From Chloroflexota bacterium (GTDB taxonomy: Bacteria; Chloroflexota; UBA11872; VXOZ01), in assembly GCA_963663275.1 (NCBI GenBank), contig OY760183.1:2016001-2080000 (forward strand): a DNA stretch of 64,000 bases. The letters are read 5' to 3'. Below, in pieces: positions 1 through 9,328 of the stretch. The position numbers and the translations under genes were made by a program. The notes beneath the pieces are model-generated. The model ran no database searches and had not been told where the DNA came from. It saw only the letters and a program-made list of their open reading frames with translations. The first letter of the stretch is position 1; every line of letters starts with the position of its first letter.

Positions 1-36
1 TTCCGCGGCGGCGCCGTTGGCGGTGGTTTCTTGCAT
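1..36 (-). CDS. Possible N-terminus of a CDS running off the left edge (MQETTANGAAAE...)
   Basis: ATG at 36-34, open to the edge; TATACT -10-like hexamer upstream on the minus strand. Confidence 0.35.
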   Translation of the reverse strand, partial: MQETTANGAAAE

Positions 37-57
37 GACCGTGCCTATTGGCAATCC

Positions 58-198
58 AGCCCCCACCGGAGAGTATACCGCGCCGCCGCCATAGTTGTGT
101 TTCTGGCGCGCAGGACGAGCGGTAGGAGCGGTTCGCGAATCGACCCTACCAATGGAAATCTAGCCCCCATCGGAGAGTATACCGCGCCGCCGCCATAG
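58..198. repeat. 37-bp direct repeat (58-94, 162-198) flanking a REP-like palindrome (121-150)
   Basis: agccccca(c/t)cggagagtataccgcgccgccgccatag twice with 1 mismatch; ggtaggagcggttcgcgaatcgaccctacc in between. Confidence 0.85.
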
Positions 199-276
199 AT
201 ATGTGGCCGGCGCGAGGGACGAACCGCCCCAACGGGAACGGCGGCTTTGCGGCAAGGAGTTTAAAGGCGGCGCCGT

Positions 277-1431
277 CTATTCGTACACCGTTTCGCCGGT
301 CTTATTGGCATTGATGAAGTCCCAATCGAGTTCCACGCCCAGGCCGGGGCCCTCCGGCACCGCCACGCAGCCCTCGGCGTCCACCGAGTAGAGTTCGTCG
401 CGCCACTTCGGATCGGCGTAGACCGGCGCTTTGGTGTGCTTCACGTTGGGGTGCACCAGGCCGAGTTCGTAGTAATTGGTATTGCGGATTGCGGCCATGC
501 AGTGCCGGTGCGCCAGGCCGCCGCCGTGCAGTTCCACGTCCAGCCCGTAGGCTTCCGCCAGCACCGCCAGTTTCATCACGCCGGTGATGCCGCCGTCCCG
601 CCCGCTGCCCGCGCGCAGGTAGTCAACCGCGCCGGCATGGATGGCGTCGGCTTTGGTCTCCAAACCGCGAATGTGCTCGCCCATCAGCAACGGCGTCTTG
701 ATGAACTGCCGCATCTTGGCGTGCACGAACTGGGAAACGCCGCCACCGCGAAAGGCGTCCTCGTACCAGAAGTATTGTGCCTCATCGCAGGCGCGCCCGA
801 CTTTCAACACGTCGTCGAAGGTGCCGAACGCCCCAGCGGGATCGAGCATGATGTCCATGTCGTCGCCCACGGCGTCGCGGATCGCCAGCACCGCCGCCAC
901 CTCGCGTGCAATCGGCGCGCCGATCCAGCCGTGGATCTTGAACGCCGGATAGCCGTATTCTTCTTTGCACCGCAGGGCAAACTCGCCGTAGTCTTCCGGC
1001 GTGCTCAGGCCGCCGTTTTCGTCGCCGTGATACGTGCTGGCGTAACAGGGCAGGCGGGTGCGCCAGCCGCCGAGCAGCGCCGATATGGGCACACCGGCCA
1101 GCTTGCCGGCAATGTCCCACAGGGCCACGTCGTGGTCGCCGGGCGGCGTGGAGGTGCTGCCGCGAAAGAGCCGCTTGAGGTCTTGCCAGATTATCTCGCG
1201 TTCCAGCGGGTTGCGCCCCAGCAGATAGTTGGCGGTGCGGGCGTCGATGCCACCGGGCGCCTCACTGCGCACGCCCGCGTCGGTCTCGATCTGCAAGATG
1301 CTCCCGCCGCCGCCCAAGCGCGCGCCCCCCTGGTAGACCATGTCGAAACCGTAGGCGTCCTCCAGCGTAAGGTTCTCGATCTCGTGCGCGTAGTGTGTGA
1401 CCACAATGCGCGTAATCTTCGGCGCTGCCAT
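277..1431 (-). CDS. Mandelate racemase/muconate lactonizing enzyme (enolase superfamily)
   Basis: DVALWDIAGK, FKIHG, metal ligands MLD..WYED..GE, GGITG; AGGAG-like RBS. Confidence 0.9.
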   Translation of the reverse strand: MAAPKITRIVVTHYAHEIENLTLEDAYGFDMVYQGGARLGGGGSILQIETDAGVRSEAPGGIDARTANYLLGRNPLEREIIWQDLKRLFRGSTSTPPGDHDVALWDIAGKLAGVPISALLGGWRTRLPCYASTYHGDENGGLSTPEDYGEFALRCKEEYGYPAFKIHGWIGAPIAREVAAVLAIRDAVGDDMDIMLDPAGAFGTFDDVLKVGRACDEAQYFWYEDAFRGGGVSQFVHAKMRQFIKTPLLMGEHIRGLETKADAIHAGAVDYLRAGSGRDGGITGVMKLAVLAEAYGLDVELHGGGLAHRHCMAAIRNTNYYELGLVHPNVKHTKAPVYADPKWRDELYSVDAEGCVAVPEGPGLGVELDWDFINANKTGETVYE

Positions 1432-1525
1432 GCTCTTTTGCTCCTTGATGCTCCACGTGATTGCCGCGTTCGCTAGTTAGAGTACCATCTTGCGCGGCGG
1501 TCTTTGTACTGTGAGATGCAATCTC

Positions 1526-1560
1526 CCCCTCACCCCGGCCCTCTCCCCAGGGAGAGGGAG
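1526..1560. repeat. REP-like element (ccctcaccc...ctctccc..gggagaggga family); second copy ~21533-21570
   Basis: Similar palindromic unit seen at two intergenic or gene-end sites. Confidence 0.7.
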
Positions 1561-1813
1561 CTTTTCCAGATAGACGGTATCTCCCCGGGGAGAGGCGGTC
1601 TATCCAGAGAGAGGGATTCTTCCGGCTGGCTGACTAAGACTTCGATACAGTCTCGCCGGGAGGCCGGAGCGAGCATCTTCTCCGGTAGCGCAGGTTACAA
1701 GACTGCGCCCGCGCGCCGCGCGGCAGTGACCGGTTTCTGTGCTACAATGAGCCTAATTGACCGGTAGATTCACGCAATACGAACACATCTGACATGCGGA
1801 GGCGTGGGAGAAC

Positions 1814-4411
1814 ATGAGCCAAGCGGAGGAGCCGACGACGAGTGCGGTAGAAACCCCGGCGGACGCTCCGGCGGAAGGAGCACCAGCGGAATCCCCGGCG
1901 GCAGCCGCCCCAGTTGATGCCCCGGCGGACGAAACCCAGGCGGAAGCAAGAGCCGTGTCGGAAGAGTACAAGCCGCAGGAATTCGAGCAGGACTGGCAGG
2001 CGCGCTGGCGCGATACGAACCTCTACAAGACCGCAGAAACCGAGGACAGCCGCAAGACGTTCTACTGCCTCGACTTCTTTCCCTATCCTTCGGGTGACGG
2101 CATTTCCGTCGGCCACTGCCATAACTATATCCCCACGGACGTTATTTCCCGTCACATGCGCATGAAGGGGTTCAACGTGCTGCACCCCATGGGCTGGGAC
2201 GCGTTCGGCCTGCCGGCGGAGAACCGCGCCCGCGACACGGGCATCGCGCCCCGGCTGACCGTGGACCAGAACACCGCCAATTACAAGCGCCAACTCGACC
2301 TCATCGGTTGCTCGTTCGACTGGGACCGCGAGATCGACTCCAGCGCGCCGGAATACTACAAGTTCACGCAGTGGCTCTTCCTGTTGATCCACCGCCGGGG
2401 CTTGGCGTATAAGGCCAAGGGCCAACAGTGGTGGTGCCCCTCGTGCCAGACTATCCTGGCGAATGAGCAGGTCCACGACGGCCGCTGCTGGCGCTGCGAT
2501 TCCCTGGTGGAGAAGAAGAGCCTGGAGCAGTGGTATTTCAAGATCACGGACTACGCCGACCGCTTGCTCAATGACTTGGAGAAAATCGACTGGCCGGAAT
2601 CCACCAAGGAGATGCAGCGCAACTGGATTGGGCGCAGCGAGGGCACGGAGGCGGTCTTTCTGACGGAATTCGGCGATGAACTGCGCGTCTTCACTACCCG
2701 CGCGGATACGCTCTTTGGCGCGACCTTCATGGTGCTGGCGCCGGAGCACGAACTGGTGGACAAGCTCACGAAGCCGGAGCAAAAAGAGGCCGTGGACCGC
2801 TACGTGGCCGCCGCCGCGCGCACCGCGGAGACCGAACGCCAGTCTACCGAGCGCGAGAAGACCGGCGTCTTCACCGGCTCCTACGCCGTCAATCCGGTAA
2901 ACGATGAGCACATTCCCATCTGGATCGCCGACTACGTGCTGGTGACCTACGGCACCGGCGCGATCATGGCCGTGCCGGCGCACGATCAGCGCGACTTCGA
3001 GTTTGCGCAGAAGTTCGGCCTGGACGTGCGCGTGGTGGTGCAACCGCCGGACAGCGTGGACTGGGCCGTTGCCGACGCTTATGAAGGCGAGGGCGCGCTG
3101 GTCAATTCCGGACAATTCGACGGTGAAACATCTCCCATAGGTGGGACAAAAATAACGGAGTGGCTGAACGAGCGTGAGTTGGGCGGCGCGAAGGTGCAGT
3201 ACCGCATGAGGGACTGGCTGATTTCGCGCCAGCGCTACTGGGGCGCGCCGATTCCGATGGTGAAGTGCCCCAAGTGCGGCTGGGTGGAGATGCCGACGCC
3301 GCAACTGCCGGTGCTGCTGCCCGAAATCGATGATTTCGAGCCGACCGGCGACGGACGCTCGCCGCTGGCCAAGGTGGGCTCGTTCATGGCCACCACGTGC
3401 CCGGACTGCGGCGGCCCCGCCGAACGCGAGACGGACACCATGGACACCTTCGCGTGCTCCTCGTGGTACTTCCTGCGCTTTGCCGACCCCCACAACGACG
3501 AGTTGCCGTTCGGCCTCGATAAGGCGCGCCACTGGCTGCCGGTTGACCTCTACGTCGGCGGCGCGGAACACGCCACCATGCACCTGATATATGCGCGTTT
3601 CTGGACCAAGGTCATCAAGGACGCCATGCTCATCGACTTCAACGAGCCGTTTACGAAACTGCGGCATCAGGGCGTCGTCCTGGCCCCGGACGGGGTCAGA
3701 ATGTCAAAGAGTCGCGGCAACGTCATCGGCCCGGATGAGATGGTGGATTTGTACGGCGTTGACGCGCTGCGTGTGTATGAACTCTTCATGGGCCCATTCG
3801 ACCAAGACATCAGCTGGAGCACCGAGGGTATTCCCGGCGCGCGCCGCTGGCTGGTGCGCGTTTGGAACATGCTGCTGGGCCGTATCGAGCAAGGCAGCGA
3901 GCCGCTGCCCGTGGAGAAGGCCGAGCCGGAACTGGCGCGCTGGATAAACCGCGTGGTCAAACGCGCCGGCGAGGACATCGACGCGCACAAGTTCAACACC
4001 ATGATCGCCTACTTCATGGAGTTCACCAACTGGCTCTACAAGGTCTACACGCTGGAGTTGGCGGCTACGGATTCCTGGAAGCGGTCCATGGAGCGGTTCC
4101 TCCTGGTTCTCGCGCCGGTTGCCCCTCACCTGGCCGAAGAGATCTGGGAACGCTGGGGGCACGAGTACTCGGTGCACCAGCAGGAGTGGCCGGAATACGA
4201 CGAGGCGCTCATCGAGGAAGAGACCTTCACGCTGGTCGTGCAGGTGAACGGCCGGGTGCGCGACACCATCGAGGCCAGTGTCTCGCTGGATGAAGACGGC
4301 GCCCGCGCGCTGGCGCTGGAGAGCGAGCGCGTGCGGCAGTTCCTGGACGGACAGGAAGTCAAGCTGGTGAAGTATGTGCCCGGACGCCTGATCAACATAG
4401 TGGTTGGCTGA
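1814..4411 (+). CDS. leuS: Leucine--tRNA ligase
   Basis: FPYPSG, HIGH-equivalent SVGH, GWDAFGLPAEN, FTTR..T editing domain, DWLISRQRYWG, RMSKS, C-terminal VPGRLINIV. Confidence 0.97.
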   Translation: MSQAEEPTTSAVETPADAPAEGAPAESPAAAAPVDAPADETQAEARAVSEEYKPQEFEQDWQARWRDTNLYKTAETEDSRKTFYCLDFFPYPSGDGISVGHCHNYIPTDVISRHMRMKGFNVLHPMGWDAFGLPAENRARDTGIAPRLTVDQNTANYKRQLDLIGCSFDWDREIDSSAPEYYKFTQWLFLLIHRRGLAYKAKGQQWWCPSCQTILANEQVHDGRCWRCDSLVEKKSLEQWYFKITDYADRLLNDLEKIDWPESTKEMQRNWIGRSEGTEAVFLTEFGDELRVFTTRADTLFGATFMVLAPEHELVDKLTKPEQKEAVDRYVAAAARTAETERQSTEREKTGVFTGSYAVNPVNDEHIPIWIADYVLVTYGTGAIMAVPAHDQRDFEFAQKFGLDVRVVVQPPDSVDWAVADAYEGEGALVNSGQFDGETSPIGGTKITEWLNERELGGAKVQYRMRDWLISRQRYWGAPIPMVKCPKCGWVEMPTPQLPVLLPEIDDFEPTGDGRSPLAKVGSFMATTCPDCGGPAERETDTMDTFACSSWYFLRFADPHNDELPFGLDKARHWLPVDLYVGGAEHATMHLIYARFWTKVIKDAMLIDFNEPFTKLRHQGVVLAPDGVRMSKSRGNVIGPDEMVDLYGVDALRVYELFMGPFDQDISWSTEGIPGARRWLVRVWNMLLGRIEQGSEPLPVEKAEPELARWINRVVKRAGEDIDAHKFNTMIAYFMEFTNWLYKVYTLELAATDSWKRSMERFLLVLAPVAPHLAEEIWERWGHEYSVHQQEWPEYDEALIEEETFTLVVQVNGRVRDTIEASVSLDEDGARALALESERVRQFLDGQEVKLVKYVPGRLINIVVG

Positions 4412-4491
4412 CGCGCTGGCGCGATGGGCAAGGTGGTTGGCGCGGCGCGTACGAAATCTCAGGCGGATTCGAGTCCAAAGGGAGCGTAGCG

Positions 4492-5064
4492 ATGCGAAGA
4501 CGACGATTGCTCTACGGCATGGCTGCCGGCGCCGCGGCGGTTGGCCTCAGCGCGTGTGACCTTTCGTGGCTCACGGAACGGAGCACCGGCGATGAGGCTC
4601 TCGCCATTACAAGCCTTCCCGTGCTCGGCAAAGCGCCAGAGATTTCTTCAATGACCTGGATCAACTCGAAACCGCTGACGCTGGCGGGCTTTCAGGGGAA
4701 GTCCGCCGTTGGGATTGCCTTCTGGACTTACGGCTGAATTAATTGCCGCAACGACATCCCCAGTTTGGTGGATATCCATGAGAGATACGCGGACAGGCGC
4801 TTTACGCTGCTCAGCATCCACACGCCCGAATTCGTCCACGAAAAGCAAGTGGAGAACGTGCGCAACGCCGTGGAGCGGCTGGGTGTGCCCTATCCGGTCG
4901 CCATAGACAACGACTTCAAGGTGTGGCGGGCGTTTGGCAACCGCGCCTGGCCGACGCTCTACCTGGTGGACCGCCGCGGCGACGTGCGCCTGGCAAAGGT
5001 CGGCGAAGGCCGTTTCGACGTGGTGCGCCAGGCCATCCAGTACCTGAAGCGGGATGACGCCTAG
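4492..5064 (+). CDS. Tat-exported lipoprotein redoxin (TlpA/DipZ-like thioredoxin fold), probable selenoprotein (UGA=Sec at 4735-4737), 190 aa
   Basis: ORFs 4492-4737 and 4765-5064 share a frame; read-through gives FWTYG-U-INC, IHTPEF, YPVAIDND, NRAWPTLYLVD; N-terminal RRRRLL and lipobox LSAC. Confidence 0.85.
4753..4776 (+). promoter_or_regulatory. Candidate bacterial SECIS hairpin
   Basis: GACAUCCCCA-GUU-UGG(U)GGAUAUC; stem starts 16 nt after the UGA, G-first apical loop, bulged U. Confidence 0.55.
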
Positions 5065-5094
5065 CCGGGCGCGCTCGCGGCGCGGCTGCCTGGA

Positions 5095-6489
5095 CTAGCG
5101 CGCGCCGGGGATGGCCCCTTCTTGCTTCAGCAGGTCGATGGTGCGGTCGAAAGCGGCCGCGGCTGCGCGCACGTCATCCTCAGTGTGCGCGGTGGAGAGC
5201 ATGCCGCCGTCGCCCATGAGGTCTACGCCGTTGACTTGCAAGCCCCGTTTCATCTTGCCGTAGAGCGCCGCGTCGGCGTCCCGCATGGCGAGGAAGGGCT
5301 TTGCGCCGGCGCCGCCGTAATCCGCAAGGTTCATCTTCTCGTGTGGATTGTGCGGGTTGAAGAGCAGGATGTGGAACATAGAGTACGTGCCGTAGACGCA
5401 GCCGGTTAGGCCGTGGGCGTCCATGACCTGGTTGAATTCGTCGCGCAGCATGGCCGCCAGGTCGTTCACGTGGCGGGCGGGCCAGCCCTCGGCGACGATG
5501 CTCAAGGCGGTTGTGCCGGCGGAGGCCGAGAGCGGGTTGGCGTTGAAAGTGCCCTGGTGGCGAATCTTCTTGCGGGCGTTCCACTCCGGCTCGTCGCGGT
5601 ATTCCAGGTGGGCCAGAATGTCGGCGCGCCCGGCCACCGCGCCGCCAGGCAGGCCGCCGGCCAGGACTTTTGCCAGGCTGGTTAGGTCGGGGATGACGCC
5701 GGTGGCCGCTTGCGCCCCGCCCGGCGCGCAGCGAAAGCCGGTGATAACCTCGTCCATGATGAGCAGTACGCCGTAGTCCAGCGTGATCTTGCGCACGGCC
5801 GCCAGGAAGTCTGGATCGAGGGGGTACGAGGAGTATCCCGCGCCGGTGGGTTCCAAGATGACGGCGGCAATGTCCGGATCATTCCGCAAGACGGCTTCCA
5901 GCCGCTCGACGTCATGCACCGGCAGCACGCGCATCGAGTCGGCGGTACCGGCCGGGACCCCGGCGGGCGGCGGCGCGGGCGGCTCGTCCACCACCACGTA
6001 GTCGTGCCAGCCGTGGAAGTGGTGCTCGAACTTGACGGTCGTGCTCTTGCCGGTAAACGCGCGCGCCAGCCGCAAGCACATCATGGTAGCCTCGGTGCCG
6101 GAGGCGGTAAAGCGCACGCGCTCGGCTGCCGGCACCAGCCGCTGCACCCAGCGACCCCACTCGACTTCGCGTTCGTGCGCCGCGCCGTAGTGGGTGCCGT
6201 GCCGCATCTGCTCACTGACGGCCGCGACGACGGCGGGATGGCCGTGCCCCAGCAGCAACGCGCCGTGTCCCACGAGAAAGTCGATGAAGCGGTTGCCGTC
6301 GAAGTCCCACTTGTGCGCGCCCTGCGCCCGCTCGATGTAAAGCGGGAAGGGCTTCTGGGCGCGGCTGTCGTGGGTCGCGCCATTGGGAAAGATGCCGACG
6401 GCTTCCTGGAAGCGCGCGGCGGAACCGGCGAATTGCCGCGTGAATTGTTCATCGAGCGTCAGCTTGGTAGACTCGACCGTCGTGCTCAT
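5095..6489 (-). CDS. Class-III PLP aminotransferase (glutamate-1-semialdehyde aminomutase-like)
   Basis: SGTEA, FHGWHD, MDEVITGFR, AKVLAGGLPGG, GTFNANP. Confidence 0.9.
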   Translation of the reverse strand: MSTTVESTKLTLDEQFTRQFAGSAARFQEAVGIFPNGATHDSRAQKPFPLYIERAQGAHKWDFDGNRFIDFLVGHGALLLGHGHPAVVAAVSEQMRHGTHYGAAHEREVEWGRWVQRLVPAAERVRFTASGTEATMMCLRLARAFTGKSTTVKFEHHFHGWHDYVVVDEPPAPPPAGVPAGTADSMRVLPVHDVERLEAVLRNDPDIAAVILEPTGAGYSSYPLDPDFLAAVRKITLDYGVLLIMDEVITGFRCAPGGAQAATGVIPDLTSLAKVLAGGLPGGAVAGRADILAHLEYRDEPEWNARKKIRHQGTFNANPLSASAGTTALSIVAEGWPARHVNDLAAMLRDEFNQVMDAHGLTGCVYGTYSMFHILLFNPHNPHEKMNLADYGGAGAKPFLAMRDADAALYGKMKRGLQVNGVDLMGDGGMLSTAHTEDDVRAAAAAFDRTIDLLKQEGAIPGAR

Positions 6490-6608
6490 CGCGCCCTCCC
6501 TGGGATACAGAAGCTACACGTTCTATTGTAGCGAAAGTGCGCCGTGTGCGTGCGTACGTCCACGAGGTGATGCCAAAGAACGTCGTGTGACGTGGCGTTT
6601 CCATCCCT

Positions 6609-6707
6609 TGCCAAGAGGCGGGGGACAAGCCCCCGCGCTACGTCAATGTGCCAAGAGACGGGGGACAAGCCCCCGCGCTACGTAGACGTGGCAAGAAGCG
6701 GGGGACG
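6609..6707. repeat. Tandem ~40-bp units carrying REP ggcgggggacaagcccccgcgctacg; family also at ~23470, 29893, 29972, 47757, 49965, 59235 (reverse)
   Basis: Two full copies and one partial copy; the same core recurs across the window. Confidence 0.85.
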
Positions 6708-6781
6708 TGCCACAATGCCGTTGCACTATATTCTGGCTTAGGCAGTCACGGCGAAGCGGCGCTGTTAATGCGCTTGACCTG

Positions 6782-6835
6782 TTGTCAATCCGGTGTAGGG
6801 GCACGACATGTCGTGCCCCTACACCGGATTGACAA
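6782..6835. repeat. Perfect 54-bp palindrome built on REP gtaggggcacgacatgtcgtgcccctac (core also at 14718-14745 and 47843-47870)
   Basis: The 27-nt arms are exact reverse complements; GTAG end typical of REP sequences. Confidence 0.9.
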
Positions 6836-6898
6836 GCCGTGTAGAGGTCAATACTCTTGACTCTCCACTCTTCAGCACTGGGGTGAGGGGAAATCCCT

Positions 6899-7726
6899 CT
6901 AATTGGGCGCGATTCCCTGCTCCGCCAGGATAGCTTGCAGTCCGGCAAAGGACTCGCGGCTCCCTTGCTCAGCCGAGCCGTTCTCCGGTTTATAGTGAGT
7001 CTCCAGCGAGACCACACCCGCATACTCGTCATCCGCCAGCGCCTTCATTTGTCCGGCGTAGTCCACCTTGCCCGCGCCGATTGGTTTCCACACCGACTCG
7101 CCCGCGGGACTGAGCACCGCGTCTTTGACGTGCACGTGCACGATCCAGGGCTTCACTGCTTCGTAGCCGTCCGGATAGGGGCGCGTCTCGCCGGAGACGT
7201 AGGCGTTTCCCGGATCCCATATCACGCGCAGATTCGGCGAGTCGATGGTCTCCATCAGGCGGGCGGTTTCCTCGCCCGTGCCGATGTTGCACGAGCGCAC
7301 GTTCTCGAACGCCAGCGTCACCCCGGCGGACTCCGCCATGCGCACCGGCAACTCCAGGCGTTCGAGAATGGTATCCCAGTGGGCTTCCAGGTCGTCCTCC
7401 CGCCAGAACGAGAAGCAGCGCACGAGTTCGCAATCGAAGAGCGGCGCAATCTGAATTGAACGCTCCAGTATCTTGACGTGTTCGTTGTAGGCGTCCAAGT
7501 CGTCGATGGGACACCGCAGGAAGAGCGAGGCAATGTCGCACACGGCAAACCCCCGCCGCCGCACCATGTGCAAAGCCTGGGTCAATTCGTGGCTGTCCAG
7601 GTCGCAGATGTTCTTGTCCCACACGTTGTGCAGTTCGACGGTGCGCACGCCAAACTCCTCGATCACGTCCAGCGCGTGCGCAAGGTCCTGAGAGATCTCG
7701 TCGGTCATAACGCCAAGTGTGAACAT
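6899..7726 (-). CDS. Sugar phosphate isomerase/epimerase (xylose-isomerase-like TIM barrel)
   Basis: FEN, WDPGN, HVHVKD, G.GKVDY, SLETH metal-binding pattern. Confidence 0.88.
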   Translation of the reverse strand: MFTLGVMTDEISQDLAHALDVIEEFGVRTVELHNVWDKNICDLDSHELTQALHMVRRRGFAVCDIASLFLRCPIDDLDAYNEHVKILERSIQIAPLFDCELVRCFSFWREDDLEAHWDTILERLELPVRMAESAGVTLAFENVRSCNIGTGEETARLMETIDSPNLRVIWDPGNAYVSGETRPYPDGYEAVKPWIVHVHVKDAVLSPAGESVWKPIGAGKVDYAGQMKALADDEYAGVVSLETHYKPENGSAEQGSRESFAGLQAILAEQGIAPN

Positions 7727-7775
7727 AGCCTACCTCGTGCTACTGCCGTCTTCGCGTATCTCATTGCGGTAGATT

Positions 7776-9056
7776 CTATCCCGAATAGAGCAAATCCAGA
7801 AGCGCAACGCTCGTGTCCACCAGGCGTCCGGCGCTGGTGGGGGCGACGGCGGCGGGGAGGTTGTAGTGGAAGTGGGCGCTATCGACCTCGTAGCCGCCTT
7901 CGGCGTAGGCGGCGGCGGTGGGGATGTAGCCCACGTCGCCGTTGGTGTAGCCCAGGTACATGGTGTGGCCGAAGGGCGAGCGTTCCTGCACCGCTTGGGC
8001 GAGTTCGATGAAGACCTCGCCGGCGCCGCCGACCAGGGCCACGTCGCCGACGCGGAGCGCCTGTACCTCGAACTCAACCCGGCCGTCGTTTGTCACCGGC
8101 GGCGTCCAGTAGCGCAGGGCCGGGGTGCGTCCGCTCAGGGAGTCAGGCGGTTCGTTCGGGGTGTGCAGGTCGAGGGCGAGCGTCTCGTTTGCCGCGCCGA
8201 GCGTAGGGGCGAGTGGTTCCACCGCGCCGAATGCCGCGTGCAGTCCATTGAGCGAATACACTTCCAATGCCGCCGCGCCCAGCGCGCTGCCCACGCCCCA
8301 CAGGCGCTCCCGCATGTCGATCTCGGCGCGTTGGCCGATGGGGTTGATGTTGCCGCACGCGCCCTGGAGAAAGAGCATGGTCGCGCCGCTGGCAGCCTCG
8401 AAGAGGCCGCGCGCCACGCCCACGAAGTCGGACGAAACGGCCAGGCTGGGCGGTTGAATCACCACCGGATGGCAGGCGTAGTGGACCAGGGCGGCCAGCG
8501 GTTCGCCCGCGGCGGTATCCACGCGCAGCGCCTGCACGGTCCTATCGATCGCGCCGGCCGCGTTTTCGCCCATGCCCGCCCAGCCGGCCTGGCTGAGGAG
8601 GCGACGATTGACGTTGACGGCCGCGCTGCCCGCGCCGTGGGTGATTTGGCAGGCTTCCAGGTCTTGCTGCGCCATCTCGACCGTACCGGCAATCGTGTGA
8701 ATGAGCGTCGTGCTGTAGGCCCGTTCGTGAGCGTGCATGTCGTCGTGGATGCTCGTGAACGGTCCGGAATGCGTGTGGGAGGTGTTGATGAGGACGTGCG
8801 CGCCGGGGATGCCGGTACGTTCCGTGATCAAGGCGCGCAGTGCGGCCACTTGCTGCGTTGGCAGACCGCAGACGTCGCAGGTGACGATCGCGACGGCGGT
8901 CTCATCGTTGGCGAGCACGAGCGTGGTGGCGTAGAGGTCGTCGAGCACCGCGTCGCAGCCGCGCTCACGCCCGGCAAAGCCGCACAGCCACGTGCCCAGC
9001 GGCGGGGTAATCGTCGCGCGCCCAACTCCGGCCCGCAGCACGTCAGCCATCAGCAC
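7776..9056 (-). CDS. Neutral/alkaline ceramidase-like amidohydrolase family protein (start may be ATG 9050)
   Basis: ITPPLG, SHTHSGP, NRR, YACHP, QGACGN, GEVF, GYIPT...GGYE. Confidence 0.8.
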   Translation of the reverse strand: MLMADVLRAGVGRATITPPLGTWLCGFAGRERGCDAVLDDLYATTLVLANDETAVAIVTCDVCGLPTQQVAALRALITERTGIPGAHVLINTSHTHSGPFTSIHDDMHAHERAYSTTLIHTIAGTVEMAQQDLEACQITHGAGSAAVNVNRRLLSQAGWAGMGENAAGAIDRTVQALRVDTAAGEPLAALVHYACHPVVIQPPSLAVSSDFVGVARGLFEAASGATMLFLQGACGNINPIGQRAEIDMRERLWGVGSALGAAALEVYSLNGLHAAFGAVEPLAPTLGAANETLALDLHTPNEPPDSLSGRTPALRYWTPPVTNDGRVEFEVQALRVGDVALVGGAGEVFIELAQAVQERSPFGHTMYLGYTNGDVGYIPTAAAYAEGGYEVDSAHFHYNLPAAVAPTSAGRLVDTSVALLDLLYSG

Positions 9057-9245
9057 ACCCCTTTCTCCGCCAACGCGGCCGTTTCAAACACACCAATGGT
9101 TCAGACGGTTCTTGTCCCGTGCAGGTAGACCAGCCCCAAGAGCCTCACCGCGTGGGTTACGGCACATTATAGCGAAAGCGACCGGTGTGCGTTCCTTGCG
9201 GTTGCGCGTCCTGGCGTATCCGCATTCGCACGTCCCAAACGAAAC

Positions 9246-9275
9246 GCGGCAGGCGCGCCCACGCCTGCCGCATTG
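9246..9275 (-). terminator. Probable intrinsic terminator downstream of the Cache gene
   Basis: gcggcaggcg-N6-cgcctgccgc 10-bp stem; short U-run on the minus strand. Confidence 0.5.
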
Positions 9276-9328
9276 CTCTTTTCAATTCTCCGCCTACGGC
9301 GCCGCTTGATTGCGCGCCAACGTGAGGG

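Noticed and set aside
1560-1813. T-box riboswitch upstream of leuS
   Set aside because: No GGTGGNACC T-box sequence or terminator/antiterminator found.
1742-3667. 641-aa antisense ORF over leuS and similar long shadow ORFs (436-1476, 7866-9128, 13604-14803, 33656-34876, 46497-47852, 62493-63815)
   Set aside because: They lie opposite well-supported genes, have no motifs, and are expected from high-GC codon bias.
4735-4737. Redoxin as a nonsense pseudogene or two separate genes
   Set aside because: The stop falls exactly on the catalytic Cys position, both halves are intact, and a SECIS-like stem follows.
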